Shown here: positions 28,476 to 39,420 of the stretch, one piece after another | Numbering within the stretch: position 1 is the first letter of the stretch | Layout of the letters: each line of letters begins with the position of its first letter | Assembly: GCA_963739695.1 (NCBI GenBank) | Contig: CAVUBB010000006.1 | Coordinates: forward strand, 11,832-75,831 | DNA: 64,000 nt | Direction: 5' to 3' | DNA from: an uncultured Pseudomonadota bacterium | GTDB taxonomy: Bacteria; Pseudomonadota; Gammaproteobacteria; Natronospirales; CAVUBB01 | The notes under the pieces: model-generated | Told to the model about the DNA's origin: nothing | The model's input: the letters and a program-made list of their open reading frames with translations, nothing else | Databases searched by the model: none | Translations under genes and position numbers: made by a program

Positions 28476-29201
28476 TTATAGTCGAAAATCCTCTCCGAGG
28501 TAGACCTCGCGGACGCGCTGGTTGGCCAGCACCTGTTCCGGGGTTCCTGCGGAGATCACCTCTCCATCACTGATGATGTAGGCGCGGGAGCAGATTCCAA
28601 GGGTCTCGCGGACATTATGGTCGGTGATGAGCACTCCGATGTTGCGTTGCCGCAAGTGTTCGATGATGCGCTGGATGTCGATCACCGAGATCGGGTCGAC
28701 TCCGGCGAAGGGTTCGTCGAGGAGGATGAAACGGGGCTCTGCCGCCAGCGCCCGCGCGATCTCCACGCGGCGCCGCTCGCCGCCGGACAGGCTCAGGCCC
28801 ATGCTGTTGCGGATGTGGGCGACATGCAACTCCTCGAGCAGCTCCTCCAGGATGCGCAGGCGGTCCTCGTGGCGCAGATCGCGCCGGGTTTCGAGGATGG
28901 CCATGATGTTGTCCGCCACGCTGAGTTTGCGGAACACCGAGGCTTCCTGGGGCAGATAGCCCAGACCCATGCGCGCACGCGCGTGCACCGGAAGGGCGGT
29001 GACGTCCTCGGCGTCGATGCGGATGATGCCGCCGTCGCAGGGCACGAGGCCCACGATCATGTAGAACGATGTCGTCTTGCCGGCGCCGTTGGGCCCCAAC
29101 AGGCCGACGACTTCGCCGCTCTCGACCGCGAGCGAGGCATCCCGAACCACCGTGCGGGCATGGTAGCGCTTGACCAGGTGTTCGGCGGTGAGTGTGCTCA
29201 T
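28476..29201 (-). CDS. lptB: LPS export ABC transporter ATP-binding protein
   Basis: 241 aa with GPNGAGKTT Walker [16 protein letters not shown] signature and [12 protein letters not shown] Walker B. Conserved position upstream of rpoN. Confidence 0.95.
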   Translation of the reverse strand: MSTLTAEHLVKRYHARTVVRDASLAVESGEVVGLLGPNGAGKTTSFYMIVGLVPCDGGIIRIDAEDVTALPVHARARMGLGYLPQEASVFRKLSVADNIMAILETRRDLRHEDRLRILEELLEELHVAHIRNSMGLSLSGGERRRVEIARALAAEPRFILLDEPFAGVDPISVIDIQRIIEHLRQRNIGVLITDHNVRETLGICSRAYIISDGEVISAGTPEQVLANQRVREVYLGEDFRL

Positions 29202-29767
29202 CCGCCGCCTCCGGCCTTGTCCTCGGTGCCGGTCTTCGCCGGCGCCGGCGGTGCCTTGGCAGGTTCGGTCTGCTTCGGCGGGATCACGATATGGACCCGG
29301 GTATCCGCCTTCTGCTTGCTGTCGGCCAATACCTTTTCGGCCGCAGTGTTGTAATGGATGGTGTCCGCACTCATCTGGCGCCCATCCTGGATCACTCGCG
29401 CGTCCGTGCGCAGATCCACAGTATCTTTGTCCGCGTCGTAGTCGATGCGTCGCGCCCAGCCCTGGGTCAGTGCGGCGTCACCGTCGGGCTGCTGCTGGAA
29501 GTGTGCGGGGGTGCCGGTGATCAGCGCCGATTTGACCACGCCATCCTGCATATGCACGGTCGCCACATCGGCGGTGATGCGGATGCTGCCCTGGGTGATG
29601 ACGACGTTGCCGGCATAGGTCCCAGTACCGTTGGGTGAGCCCATGTCGCCGTCGAAGCGGTCGGCGCTGATCTGGATCGGCTGTTTGCTGTCGCTCGACA
29701 GCGCCCAGGCTGCAGGCGCTGCGACCAGGGTCGCCAGTGCGATCAGCATCGCGGACCTAACGTTCAT
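29198..29767 (-). CDS. lptA: LPS transport periplasmic protein LptA
   Basis: Signal peptide [22 protein letters not shown] followed by [13 protein letters not shown], typical of the OstA/LptA fold. ATG 29767 follows GGAAGG and overlaps the lptC end; ATG 29782 is an alternative. Confidence 0.85.
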   Translation of the reverse strand: MNVRSAMLIALATLVAAPAAWALSSDSKQPIQISADRFDGDMGSPNGTGTYAGNVVITQGSIRITADVATVHMQDGVVKSALITGTPAHFQQQPDGDAALTQGWARRIDYDADKDTVDLRTDARVIQDGRQMSADTIHYNTAAEKVLADSKQKADTRVHIVIPPKQTEPAKAPPAPAKTGTEDKAGGGG

Positions 29768-30320
29768 AGTGGCCTTCCACATTCGCTTCCAGCACCAGCC
29801 GGTCCTTGTCCAGATCCGCTTCCATGCCCACCCCGGTGAAGGTGTTGACGCCTTCGCTGATCGAGACCGGATCCCTGGTGCGGGCCAGATTCTTGCGGGT
29901 GAATACCGTCAATGTGTTGGTCCTGATCTTGAGCGGGTAGGTTCCCGCGCCAGTCGGCGCGCGTGTCATGCGGATGTTACCCGCGAGTTCGACTACATCG
30001 CCACCGCTGGGCACATGGCCGCGATCGGCCAGGACATGCCAGGGCGGACCGTCCTTTTTATAGTAAAGCAGGTCCACGTTCTCCAGGTCGGTGCTGTCAT
30101 CGTCGGGATGGTGAAATATCGCATCGGCGTGCATGCGCATCGATTCGCGGCCGTGGTCGTCGGTCTCGGTGACGATGGCGTCGCGGAAATAGTAATCCGG
30201 AGTGTGGGTGGGCGGCTGCGCCTGCTGCGGTGCTGCCGGACGTACGCTTTTCAGCAGCCAGCTCGTGGCAAGTGCCAGCAAGGCCAGGGCGATCAGGCCC
30301 GCGATCAGCCGCCAGTTCAT
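29757..30320 (-). CDS. lptC: LPS export system protein LptC
   Basis: 187 aa, single N-terminal TM anchor, beta-rich body. Conserved position between kdsC and lptA. Confidence 0.8.
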   Translation of the reverse strand: MNWRLIAGLIALALLALATSWLLKSVRPAAPQQAQPPTHTPDYYFRDAIVTETDDHGRESMRMHADAIFHHPDDDSTDLENVDLLYYKKDGPPWHVLADRGHVPSGGDVVELAGNIRMTRAPTGAGTYPLKIRTNTLTVFTRKNLARTRDPVSISEGVNTFTGVGMEADLDKDRLVLEANVEGHYER

Positions 30321-30328
30321 CTGCGGCG

Positions 30329-30850
30329 TCAGCCTTCGCCGGGCAGGGGTTGGCCGGCGACGGCGGCGACGATGAGGTCGCAGACTTCACGGACGGCTCC
30401 GAAGCCACCGGGCTTGCGGGTGGTGTAATGCACCGCCGGCAGGATGGCCGGATGAGCATCGGCGACGGCGACGGCCAGCCCGACGCGCTGCAGTACGGGG
30501 ATATCCGGCAGATCGTCGCCCACGAACGCCGTGGCTGCGGGTGCGGTGCCGGTGCGCTCGAGCAGTTCACGCAGGACAGCCAGCTTGTCGCTCACCCCCT
30601 GATGGACGTGTTCGATGCCCAGCTCGCGCATCCTTCGCGCGACCGCCGGTGAAGTGCGACCGGAGATGATGCCTACATTGATGCCGCTCGCGAGCAGGAG
30701 TTTGATGCCGTGGCCGTCATGGGTGTGAAACGTCTTGGTCTCGCCGCCGTCAGCGCTGTAGTACAGCCTGCCGTCGGTGAACACGCCATCGACATCGAAC
30801 AGCGCAAGGCGGATGGCCGCCGCGCGGTCTCTGAGCTCCGCGGGCGTCAT
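30329..30850 (-). CDS. kdsC: 3-deoxy-D-manno-octulosonate 8-phosphate phosphatase
   Basis: 173 aa HAD protein with LALFDVDGVFTDG, DGHGIKLL and AFVGDDLPD. The ATG overlaps the kdsD stop (ATGA). Confidence 0.92.
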   Translation of the reverse strand: MTPAELRDRAAAIRLALFDVDGVFTDGRLYYSADGGETKTFHTHDGHGIKLLLASGINVGIISGRTSPAVARRMRELGIEHVHQGVSDKLAVLRELLERTGTAPAATAFVGDDLPDIPVLQRVGLAVAVADAHPAILPAVHYTTRKPGGFGAVREVCDLIVAAVAGQPLPGEG

Positions 30851-31824
30851 ACCACCCCCGCGCGCAGCAGATCGTGCATGTTGAGTGCGCCGATCAGTCG
30901 GTTGTGTTCGTCTACGACGAGCAGCGCGTTGATGCGATGGGTCTCCATCATGTGCAAGGCTTCGCCGGCCAGCATATCGGCTCGTGCGGTCTTGCCGCCT
31001 TGCGTCATCACTTCGCCCACCGGCGTCTTGTGGACGTCGACGGCGTGATCGAGCGTCCGGCGCAGGTCGCCGTCGGTGAACACACCCAGCAGTGTGTCAT
31101 CGTCGGCCACGATGGCGGTCATGCCCAGCCCCTTGCGGCTCATCTCGAGCAACGCGGCGCCAAGCAGTGTCTCGGGGTGCACCTTGGGCAGGGCATCGCC
31201 GGTATGCATGAGGTCTTCCACGCGCAGCAGCAGACGCCGGCCCAGGCTGCCGCCGGGATGCGAGCGGGCGAAATCCTCTTCGGTGAAACCGCGTGACTGG
31301 AGCAGTGCGACAGCCAGCGCGTCGCCCATGGCCAGTGCGGCGGTCGTGCTTGCGGTCGGGGCGAGGTTCAGCGGGCAGGCTTCCTGGGCCACGCTCACGT
31401 CCAGATTCGCCGCGGCTGCCCGGGCCAGGGTGGAATCTTCCTTGCCGGTGAGCGTGATGAGCGGCACGCCAAGTCGCTTGATCAGCGGCAGGATAGTCGC
31501 GATCTCCGCTGTCTCGCCACTGTTGGAGATGGCCAGCACGACGTCTTCGCCGGTGATCATGCCCAGATCGCCATGGCTGGCTTCGCCCGGGTGGACGAAG
31601 AAGGCGGGCGTCCCGGTACTGGCGAGCGTCGCTGCGATCTTGCTGCCGACGTGACCCGATTTGCCCATGCCGGTCACCACCACGCGTCCCCGGCAGGCGA
31701 GGATGATCTCGCAGGCGCGGCTGAAGCGGTCGGTGATGCGACCGACCAGGTCGGAGATGGCTCCGGCTTCGATCTCCAGAACCTGCCGGCCGAGGCGCTC
31801 GGCCGCCGTGGGGTCAAATTGCAT
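30847..31824 (-). CDS. kdsD: Arabinose-5-phosphate isomerase (SIS + tandem CBS domains)
   Basis: 325 aa with VVVTGMGKSGHVGSKIAATLASTGTPAFFVHP (SIS) and C-terminal CBS pair. Confidence 0.93.
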   Translation of the reverse strand: MQFDPTAAERLGRQVLEIEAGAISDLVGRITDRFSRACEIILACRGRVVVTGMGKSGHVGSKIAATLASTGTPAFFVHPGEASHGDLGMITGEDVVLAISNSGETAEIATILPLIKRLGVPLITLTGKEDSTLARAAAANLDVSVAQEACPLNLAPTASTTAALAMGDALAVALLQSRGFTEEDFARSHPGGSLGRRLLLRVEDLMHTGDALPKVHPETLLGAALLEMSRKGLGMTAIVADDDTLLGVFTDGDLRRTLDHAVDVHKTPVGEVMTQGGKTARADMLAGEALHMMETHRINALLVVDEHNRLIGALNMHDLLRAGVV

Positions 31825-31856
31825 GGATACACTCCGGATGGATGGCTGCGGGCAGC

Positions 31857-32826
31857 TCAGCCAAGGATACCGAAATACAGGTTCAGCTCATACCCGAGGA
31901 AGAGCGCGAGCAATACGCCGCCCTGCCAGCGGCGCAGTCGCGGCGGGCGTCCGAAGCCGAAGGCCATGGCGAAGAACACGAGCGTGAACACGATCATCGC
32001 GGGGAAATCGAAGTCGATGGCGCGGCGCGGCAAGGCCGCCGGGTGGATCAGACCGGGCAGACCGAGGACGGCGAGCAGGTTGAACATGTTCGAACCGAGC
32101 ACGTTGCCGACGGCGATGTCCGGTTCGTGCTTCCAAGCGGCGCTCACAGACGCCGCCAGTTCGGGCAGGCTGGTACCGATCGCGACCACGGTCAGGCCGA
32201 TCACGAGTTCGCTCACACCCAACGCCTGGGCGATGCCGACCGCGCCCCACACGAGCATGCGCGAGCTCAGCAGCAGCACCAGGAAGCCCACTGTCGTCCA
32301 GGTCACGGCGATGCCGGTCGCCATGTCTGCCGGCACCTCATCCCGGTATTCGCGCCGAAGCGGATCGAGGATGCGCAGGCGCCGGCCGGTGCGGATCGTC
32401 CAGGCGATCAGTCCGGCCAGCGCCAGGCACAGGATCACGCCGTCGCTCCGGCTGAGGACACCGTCCATGCACAGCACCAGCGCCAGCAGCATGAAACCCA
32501 GGAGCAGGGGCAGTTCACGGGTCACGGTCTCCGAGCGCAGGGTCATCGGCATGGTGAGCGCAGCCGCGCCCAGGACCAGCGTGATATTGGTGATGTTGGA
32601 GCCGAGGGCGTTGCCCACCGCGAGTGTGGTGTTGCCGGTTCCGGCGGCCATGATCGAGATGAGGACTTCGGGCGCCGAGGTGCCGAATCCGACTATGGTG
32701 ATGCCGACCAGGCGGGCCGGTACGCCCAGGTTGCGCGCAGTCGCCGTCGGCGCCGACCACGAGCCGGTCCGCGCTCCAGACCAGCGCGCCGAAACCGGCG
32801 ATCACCGCCAGGGTGTAGTTGAGCAT
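31857..32826 (-). pseudogene. yrbG: YrbG-like Ca2+/Na+ antiporter (CaCA family) interrupted by a single-nucleotide frameshift
   Basis: ATG 32826 gives MLNYTLAVIAGFGALVWSADRLVVGA, which matches the YrbG N-terminus. The conserved continuation TATARNLGVPARLVGITIVGFGTSAPEVLISIMAAGTGNTTLAVGNALGSNITN is in the +1 frame from about 32747, the frame of ORF 31857..32651. Joined length would be about 322 aa, close to E. coli YrbG. An apparent extra G sits near 32748. Confidence 0.75.
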
Positions 32827-32995
32827 GCGGTCCTCGTCATGGCGCTCGGGGCCGCGTTCCGGGTGCAGCCCGCCATGGCTCTCATGATACACGGCTGTCG
32901 GGCTTCGGGTTCCGGTGGCGGCTTCATTTCTAGTATCATGCCGGGCTTGGGGCGCGGCCCTGCCATCAGTCCATCCTTCCGAGGTGTCTCCCCCG

Positions 32996-33235
32996 ATGAA
33001 TCCCGACGACGTCAAACGCCTGATCGAAGCCGGCCTGCCCGGCGCCGAGGTCAAGGTTCTGAGCGACGACAACACCCACTTCGAGGCCCTGATCGTGGAC
33101 GCGGGTTTCGACGGCCTGCGCACGCTCGAGCGCCACAAACGGGTCTACGCCGCGCTCGGCGAGGCGATGGGTCGCGAGATCCATGCCCTGTCCATGCGCA
33201 CGCTGACGCCGGCCGAAGCCGCGACGCGTCCATAA
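32996..33235 (+). CDS. ibaG: BolA-family protein IbaG (YrbA)
   Basis: 79 aa with HFEALIVDAGFDGLRTLERHKRVYAALGE and IHALSMRTLTPAE, typical of BolA/IbaG. Directly upstream of murA as in E. coli. ATG 32996. Confidence 0.85.
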   Translation: MNPDDVKRLIEAGLPGAEVKVLSDDNTHFEALIVDAGFDGLRTLERHKRVYAALGEAMGREIHALSMRTLTPAEAATRP

Positions 33236-34519
<1,284 letters not shown>

Positions 34520-34586
34520 GGCGAAGACCCGGGCAGTCTCGGGTGGCGGCCTGCCTGGCGCGGGCCGTTCCAGTTTTGGGGTTGGA

Positions 34587-35708
34587 TCAGCTCGCGCGCT
34601 GTACCGGCCTTTCCGCCACCGCTACAGTCACGCTGAACTGCTTGTTGCCGCGCAGGCCGGTGATCGTCACCTTGGTGCCGGGTTTGCTGCTGGCGATGAT
34701 GGTCAGCGCCTGCTGCGTGGTGGCGATCTGCTTGCCGTCGATGTCGGTGATGATATCGCCGATATGGATCCCGGCGCGTGCAGCCGGACCGGGCAGCACG
34801 CGTGCGACCACGATGCCTGCTTTGGCCTGAGTCCCCAAGGCCTGGGCCAGCTCCGGTGTGAGATCCTGGGGTTCGATACCCAGCCAGCCGCGGAGCACCC
34901 GCCCGTACTTGATCAGCTCTTCCATCACGCCGCGCGCCAGGTTTACCGGGATCGCGAAGCCGATGCCGTTGGAGGCCCCGCTGGGCGAGTAATTCGCCGT
35001 GTTGATACCCACGAGCTCTCCGCGCGCATTGACCAGCGCGCCGCCCGAGTTGCCCGGATTGATCGCCGCGTCTGTCTGGATGAAGTTCTCGAACGTGCTC
35101 AGGCCGAGCTGGCTGCGTCCGACCGCGCTGACGATGCCCTGCGTCACTGTCTGGCCGACCCCGAACGGGTCGCCGATGGCGAGGACGACGTCGCCCACCG
35201 CGAGCGTGTCCGAGCGCCCGAGCTGGATCGGGGTGAGGCCGTCGATGCCGATCTTGAGCAGGGCCAGATCGGTATCCGGGTCGACGCCAACCACTTTCGC
35301 AGCCGCGGCGCGGCCGTCACTGAGCGCCACCTGGATCTCGTCGGCGCCTTCGATGACGTGGTTGTTGGTGAGGATGTAGCCGTCGGCGCTGACGATCACG
35401 CCCGAGCCGAGGCTGGTCTTGATCCGGTCGGGCGGCGCGACCGGGTTATCGCCGAAATAGCGGCGCCAGAAGGGGTCGTCCTGCAACGGCCCGTTATTGC
35501 GCACCACACGCCGGGCGGTGTGCACGTTGACCACGGCCGGAGCGGTACGTTGCACCGCTGTCGCATACGAAGCCGCGCCGCCTCCGACGCTCGTCTGACC
35601 GTCCAGCAATTCCGGATGCAGATAAACCGCCACGAAGGCGACCGCAAGCCCGACGGTGACCGACTGAAGCAGGAAGATCAACAACTTGGCGAATTTTTTC
35701 ATGGCCAT
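34587..35708 (-). CDS. S1C (HtrA-family) serine endoprotease, DegS/AlgW-like, single PDZ
   Basis: 373 aa. N-terminal TM anchor, TNNHV (His), D in ALLKI (DLALLKI), GNSGGALVN (Ser), and one C-terminal PDZ-like region. Confidence 0.88.
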   Translation of the reverse strand: MAMKKFAKLLIFLLQSVTVGLAVAFVAVYLHPELLDGQTSVGGGAASYATAVQRTAPAVVNVHTARRVVRNNGPLQDDPFWRRYFGDNPVAPPDRIKTSLGSGVIVSADGYILTNNHVIEGADEIQVALSDGRAAAAKVVGVDPDTDLALLKIGIDGLTPIQLGRSDTLAVGDVVLAIGDPFGVGQTVTQGIVSAVGRSQLGLSTFENFIQTDAAINPGNSGGALVNARGELVGINTANYSPSGASNGIGFAIPVNLARGVMEELIKYGRVLRGWLGIEPQDLTPELAQALGTQAKAGIVVARVLPGPAARAGIHIGDIITDIDGKQIATTQQALTIIASSKPGTKVTITGLRGNKQFSVTVAVAERPVQRAS

Positions 35709-35783
35709 AAGGTAGCACGGGTCGTGCAGGCCGTCAGCCGGCTCATCGAGATGAGCGGGTGGTCATGTCTGGGAGCCGATGTG

Positions 35784-35789
35784 TATAAT
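35784..35789 (+). promoter_or_regulatory. Candidate -10 element for the petABC operon
   Basis: Perfect TATAAT (preceded by TGTG) 90 nt upstream of petA in the divergent spacer. The -35 region (TGGTCA, 18-nt spacing) is weak. Confidence 0.3.
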
Positions 35790-35878
35790 GCCGCATTCTG
35801 TGTTTTCCATCGGTAGCCCCCCTGGTCCGGGCCGTCCCAGTTCGCCAGGAAGAATCAATATTGTCGGGAGAAGGGTGA

Positions 35879-36472
35879 ATGAGTACCGAGGACGTTGATC
35901 TCAACAGACGTCATTTCTTGACCGTCGCAACCACTGTCGTCGGCGGTGTGGGGGCGGTGATGGCAGCCGTTCCTTTCGTTTCCTCGATGCAGCCCAGCGC
36001 GCGCGCCAAAGCCATGGGCGCCCCGGTTGACATCGATATCAGCAAGCTCCAGCCGGGTGCGATGCTGAAGGTCAAATGGCGCGGCAAGCCTGTCTGGGCC
36101 GTGCAGCGCCCGCAGGCCGCGCTGGACCGCCTCCCCGGGCTCGACGATCGCCTGCGTGACCCGAAATCCCAGGAGCCCCAGCAGCCCCCGTATTGCCAGA
36201 ACGAGTCGCGCGCCATCAAGTCGCATGTGTTCATCGTGGTCGGTATCTGCACGCACCTGGGCTGCTCGCCAAGCTACCGCCCTGAAGTGGCGCCGGAAGA
36301 TCTGGGGCCGGAGTGGGAAGGTGGCTTCTTCTGCCCGTGCCACGGTTCCCGTTACGACCTGGCTGGCCGCGTGTACAAGGGCGTGCCCGCGCCGTTGAAC
36401 CTGCAAGTGCCATCCCACCGCTACGTGACCGACACGGTGATCCGCATCGGTGAAGATCCGAGGAAAGCCTGA
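35879..36472 (+). CDS. petA: Ubiquinol-cytochrome c reductase Rieske iron-sulfur subunit
   Basis: 197 aa. Tat-like RRHFL N-terminus and Rieske boxes CTHLGC and CPCHGS. Confidence 0.95.
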   Translation: MSTEDVDLNRRHFLTVATTVVGGVGAVMAAVPFVSSMQPSARAKAMGAPVDIDISKLQPGAMLKVKWRGKPVWAVQRPQAALDRLPGLDDRLRDPKSQEPQQPPYCQNESRAIKSHVFIVVGICTHLGCSPSYRPEVAPEDLGPEWEGGFFCPCHGSRYDLAGRVYKGVPAPLNLQVPSHRYVTDTVIRIGEDPRKA

Positions 36473-37899
36473 TGAGCGAACCCAAACGCGACGTCTTTGA
36501 CTGGGCCGGAGAGCGGATGCAGTCCTTCATGGGCTGGATCGACGCCCGTTTCCCGGTGTCGAGCTTCTGGAAGAAGCACATGGCGGAGTACTACGCGCCG
36601 AAGAATTTCAACTTCTGGTATTTCTTCGGTTCGCTGGCGCTGCTGGTGCTGGTCAATCAGCTGGTCACCGGCATCTTCCTGACCATGAACTACAAGCCGT
36701 CGGCCCTCGAGGCCTTCGCGTCCATCGAATACATCATGCGCGACGTGAAGTGGGGCTGGCTGATCCGCTATATGCACTCCACCGGCGCCTCGGCATTCTT
36801 CATCGTCGTCTACCTGCACATGTTCCGCGGCCTCATGTACGGCTCGTACAAGAAGCCGCGCGAGCTGCTGTGGGTCTTCGGCATGTTGATCTACCTGGCG
36901 CTGATGGCCGAAGCGTTCATGGGTTATCTGCTGCCGTGGGGGCAGATGTCCTACTGGGGCGCGCAGGTCATCATCTCGCTGTTCGGCGCCATCCCGAAGA
37001 TCGGCGACGGCCTGTCGCAGTGGATCCGCGGTGACTACACGGTCTCGGATATCACCTTGAACCGCTTCTTCGCCCTGCATGTGATCGCGGTGCCGCTGGT
37101 GCTGGTCGGTCTGGTGCTGTTCCATCTCATCGCGCTGCACGAGGTCGGCTCCAACAACCCGGACGGCATCGAGATCAAGAAGCACAAGGATGATAAGGGC
37201 GTACCGCTCGATGGCATCCCGTTCCATCCCTATTACACGGTGAAGGATATCCTTGGCGTGGCCGGCTTCCTGGCGATCTTCGCGATGATCGTCTTCTATG
37301 CGCCGACCATGCATGGGTTCTTCCTCGAGCATGAGAATTTCGATCCCGCCAATCCATTGGTGACGCCGCCGGAGATCCACCCGGTGTGGTACTTCACGCC
37401 GTTCTACGCGATCCTGCGTGCGATACCCAACAAGCTGGGTGGTGTGATGTCGATGGGCGCGGCGATCGTCATGCTCTTCCTGTTGCCATGGATCGACCGC
37501 AACCCGATCAAGTCCATCCGCTACCGTGGCATGGCCTACCGCCTGCTGCTGACGGTGTTCGGGCTGACGTTCCTGTCGTTGGGTTATCTCGGCATGCAGG
37601 GCGTGACTCCGCTCTATTCGGAGCTGGCCCTGCGCCTGGCCGAGATCTACTTCCTGTTCTTCGTCGTCTCCTGGGTCTACTCCCTGGCACGCACGCGCAA
37701 GTTCATGGTCAGTACGGCTGTCATCGTCATGACGATCGTCACGCTGCTGGACATGTTCCGCTTCGATCCGGAGCGTGCCCACCTGATGTATCTGGCCTGG
37801 CTGATCCCGGCGATCTACAGCCTGTTGTTCCTGGTCGTGCCCGCCTACACGCGGATGAACGAGCCGAAACCGGTACCGGAGAGGGTGACATTCGAATGA
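36472..37899 (+). CDS. petB: Cytochrome b (bc1 complex), unusually long at 475 aa
   Basis: Conserved WYFFGSLAL, haem-ligand His pairs (RYMHSTGAS..., FALHV...FHLIALH) and PEWYF-type motif (IHPVWYFTPFYAILR). The C-terminus ends KPVPERVTFE but carries an extra ~55 aa before it. The ATG overlaps the petA stop. Confidence 0.93.
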   Translation: MSEPKRDVFDWAGERMQSFMGWIDARFPVSSFWKKHMAEYYAPKNFNFWYFFGSLALLVLVNQLVTGIFLTMNYKPSALEAFASIEYIMRDVKWGWLIRYMHSTGASAFFIVVYLHMFRGLMYGSYKKPRELLWVFGMLIYLALMAEAFMGYLLPWGQMSYWGAQVIISLFGAIPKIGDGLSQWIRGDYTVSDITLNRFFALHVIAVPLVLVGLVLFHLIALHEVGSNNPDGIEIKKHKDDKGVPLDGIPFHPYYTVKDILGVAGFLAIFAMIVFYAPTMHGFFLEHENFDPANPLVTPPEIHPVWYFTPFYAILRAIPNKLGGVMSMGAAIVMLFLLPWIDRNPIKSIRYRGMAYRLLLTVFGLTFLSLGYLGMQGVTPLYSELALRLAEIYFLFFVVSWVYSLARTRKFMVSTAVIVMTIVTLLDMFRFDPERAHLMYLAWLIPAIYSLLFLVVPAYTRMNEPKPVPERVTFE

Positions 37900-38633
37900 A
37901 AAGGATAATCGGCATCTTCCTGCTCGCCATCGTCCCCGCTCTCGCGTTCGCGGCCGAGGAAGGGGCGCATTACGATGCGGCGAACAATGACCTTTCCAAC
38001 ACCGCCTCGCTGCAGCGTGGCGCGAAGTACTTCGTCAACTATTGCTCGGGTTGCCACTCGCTGCAGTATGTACGCTTCAATCGCGTGGGCGAGGATCTTG
38101 GCCTGACCAAGAGCGAGCTGCAGATGATCATGTTCACGGCGGACAAGGATACGGCGATGATGACCATCGCCATGGCGCCCAGCGACGCCAACGCCTGGTT
38201 CGGCCGTACCCCGCCCGATCTCTCCCTCATCGCACGCAGTCGCGGGGCGGATTACCTGTATACTTACCTGCGGTCCTTCTATCTGGATCCCAGCCGCGAC
38301 ACCGGCACCAATAATGTGGTGCTGAAGAATGTCGCGATGCCGGATCCGTTGTGGGAGTTGCAGGGATATCAGAAGGCAGTGTTCAAGACGGTGAAAGACG
38401 CCGATGGCAACGCACACACGGAGTTCGAGAAATTCGAACAGGCGGAGCCCGGCAAACTCACGCCCAAGCAGTTCGACGGTGTCGTGCGCGATATCGTGAA
38501 TTTCCTGGTCTACGTGGGTGAGCCCGCGCAGTTGAAGCGGCGCAGCCTCGGGATCGAGGTGTTCATCTTCCTGCTGGTATTCTTCGGATTCGCCTACTTC
38601 CTGAAGAAGGAATTCTGGCGCGACGTACATTGA
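37896..38633 (+). CDS. petC: Cytochrome c1
   Basis: 245 aa from ATG 37896 (ATGA overlap with petB). Signal peptide MKRIIGIFLLAIVPALAFA, haem motif CSGCHS, C-terminal TM anchor. Confidence 0.93.
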   Translation: MKRIIGIFLLAIVPALAFAAEEGAHYDAANNDLSNTASLQRGAKYFVNYCSGCHSLQYVRFNRVGEDLGLTKSELQMIMFTADKDTAMMTIAMAPSDANAWFGRTPPDLSLIARSRGADYLYTYLRSFYLDPSRDTGTNNVVLKNVAMPDPLWELQGYQKAVFKTVKDADGNAHTEFEKFEQAEPGKLTPKQFDGVVRDIVNFLVYVGEPAQLKRRSLGIEVFIFLLVFFGFAYFLKKEFWRDVH

Positions 38634-38661
38634 GCAGGCCGGAGCTCAAGTATATTTTGGC

Positions 38662-38690
38662 GCGAAGCACGGGACATCTCCGTGCTTCGC
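38662..38690 (+). terminator. Stem-loop between petC and sspA (possible terminator/attenuator)
   Basis: GCGAAGCACGG-GACATCT-CCGTGCTTCGC perfect 11-bp stem, 29 nt after the petC stop. No clear U-tract. Confidence 0.3.
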
Positions 38691-38710
38691 AGTCTCCGGG
38701 AGTTTGAACT

Positions 38711-39337
38711 ATGGCACTCGTTGCCGGTCGATGGTCAACCATGACGCTGTTTTCCAAACCTGATTGTCCTCACAGTCATCGCGCCCGCCTGGTCCTGGCC
38801 GAGAAGGGGATCAACTTCGACGTGGTCAATATCGAGGGCAACGAACTGCCCGAGGACCTGCTCGATCTCAATCCCTACAACACGGTGCCGACGCTGGTGG
38901 ATCGCGACCTGGTGCTCTATGACCCTCGGGTCATCATGGAGTATCTGGACGAGCGTTTCCCGCATCCGCCGCTGATGCCGGTCGACCCGGTCTCGCGTGC
39001 GCGGTTCCGGCTTGCCCTGTACCGTATCGAGAAGGATTGGTACTCGCTCGTCGACGAGATCGAGAGCGGAACCGACAAGCAGGCCGCCAAGGCGCGCAAG
39101 CTCCTGCGCGAGAGTCTGCTCGCCGGCGGCGAGGTGTTCACGATCAAGCCGTTCTTCCTCAGTGACGAGTTCTCGCTGGTGGACTGCAGCATCGCGCCTC
39201 TGCTTTGGCGGCTGCCGAAATACGGCATCGAGTTGCCCGCTTCGGCGAAGGGGATCGAGAAGTACGCCGAGCGTATCTTCACGCGGCCTTCGTTCCGCGA
39301 GAGCCTCACCGAGATCGAGAGCGAGATGCGGCCCTGA
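38711..39337 (+). CDS. sspA: Stringent starvation protein A
   Basis: 208 aa. MALVAGRWSTMTLFSKPD...VLAEKGINF...IMEYLDERFPHPPLMPVDPV...IEKDWYSL is collinear with E. coli SspA. Confidence 0.95.
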   Translation: MALVAGRWSTMTLFSKPDCPHSHRARLVLAEKGINFDVVNIEGNELPEDLLDLNPYNTVPTLVDRDLVLYDPRVIMEYLDERFPHPPLMPVDPVSRARFRLALYRIEKDWYSLVDEIESGTDKQAAKARKLLRESLLAGGEVFTIKPFFLSDEFSLVDCSIAPLLWRLPKYGIELPASAKGIEKYAERIFTRPSFRESLTEIESEMRP

Positions 39338-39420
39338 CAAGATTGTGGCCGCGCCTTTGCGTGGCCACGCTTGATTGCTTCCCGCTCGGGGCGCGAGAAT
39401 GGCCCCGAGGTGTATGACTG

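Noticed and set aside
32515-33138. 207-aa minus-strand ORF spanning the yrbG-ibaG spacer.
   Set aside because: Only 26 codons of this frame (from ATG 32826) look real, as the yrbG N-terminus. The codons upstream of that ATG are antisense to ibaG, and the remainder is out-of-frame read-through caused by the frameshift.
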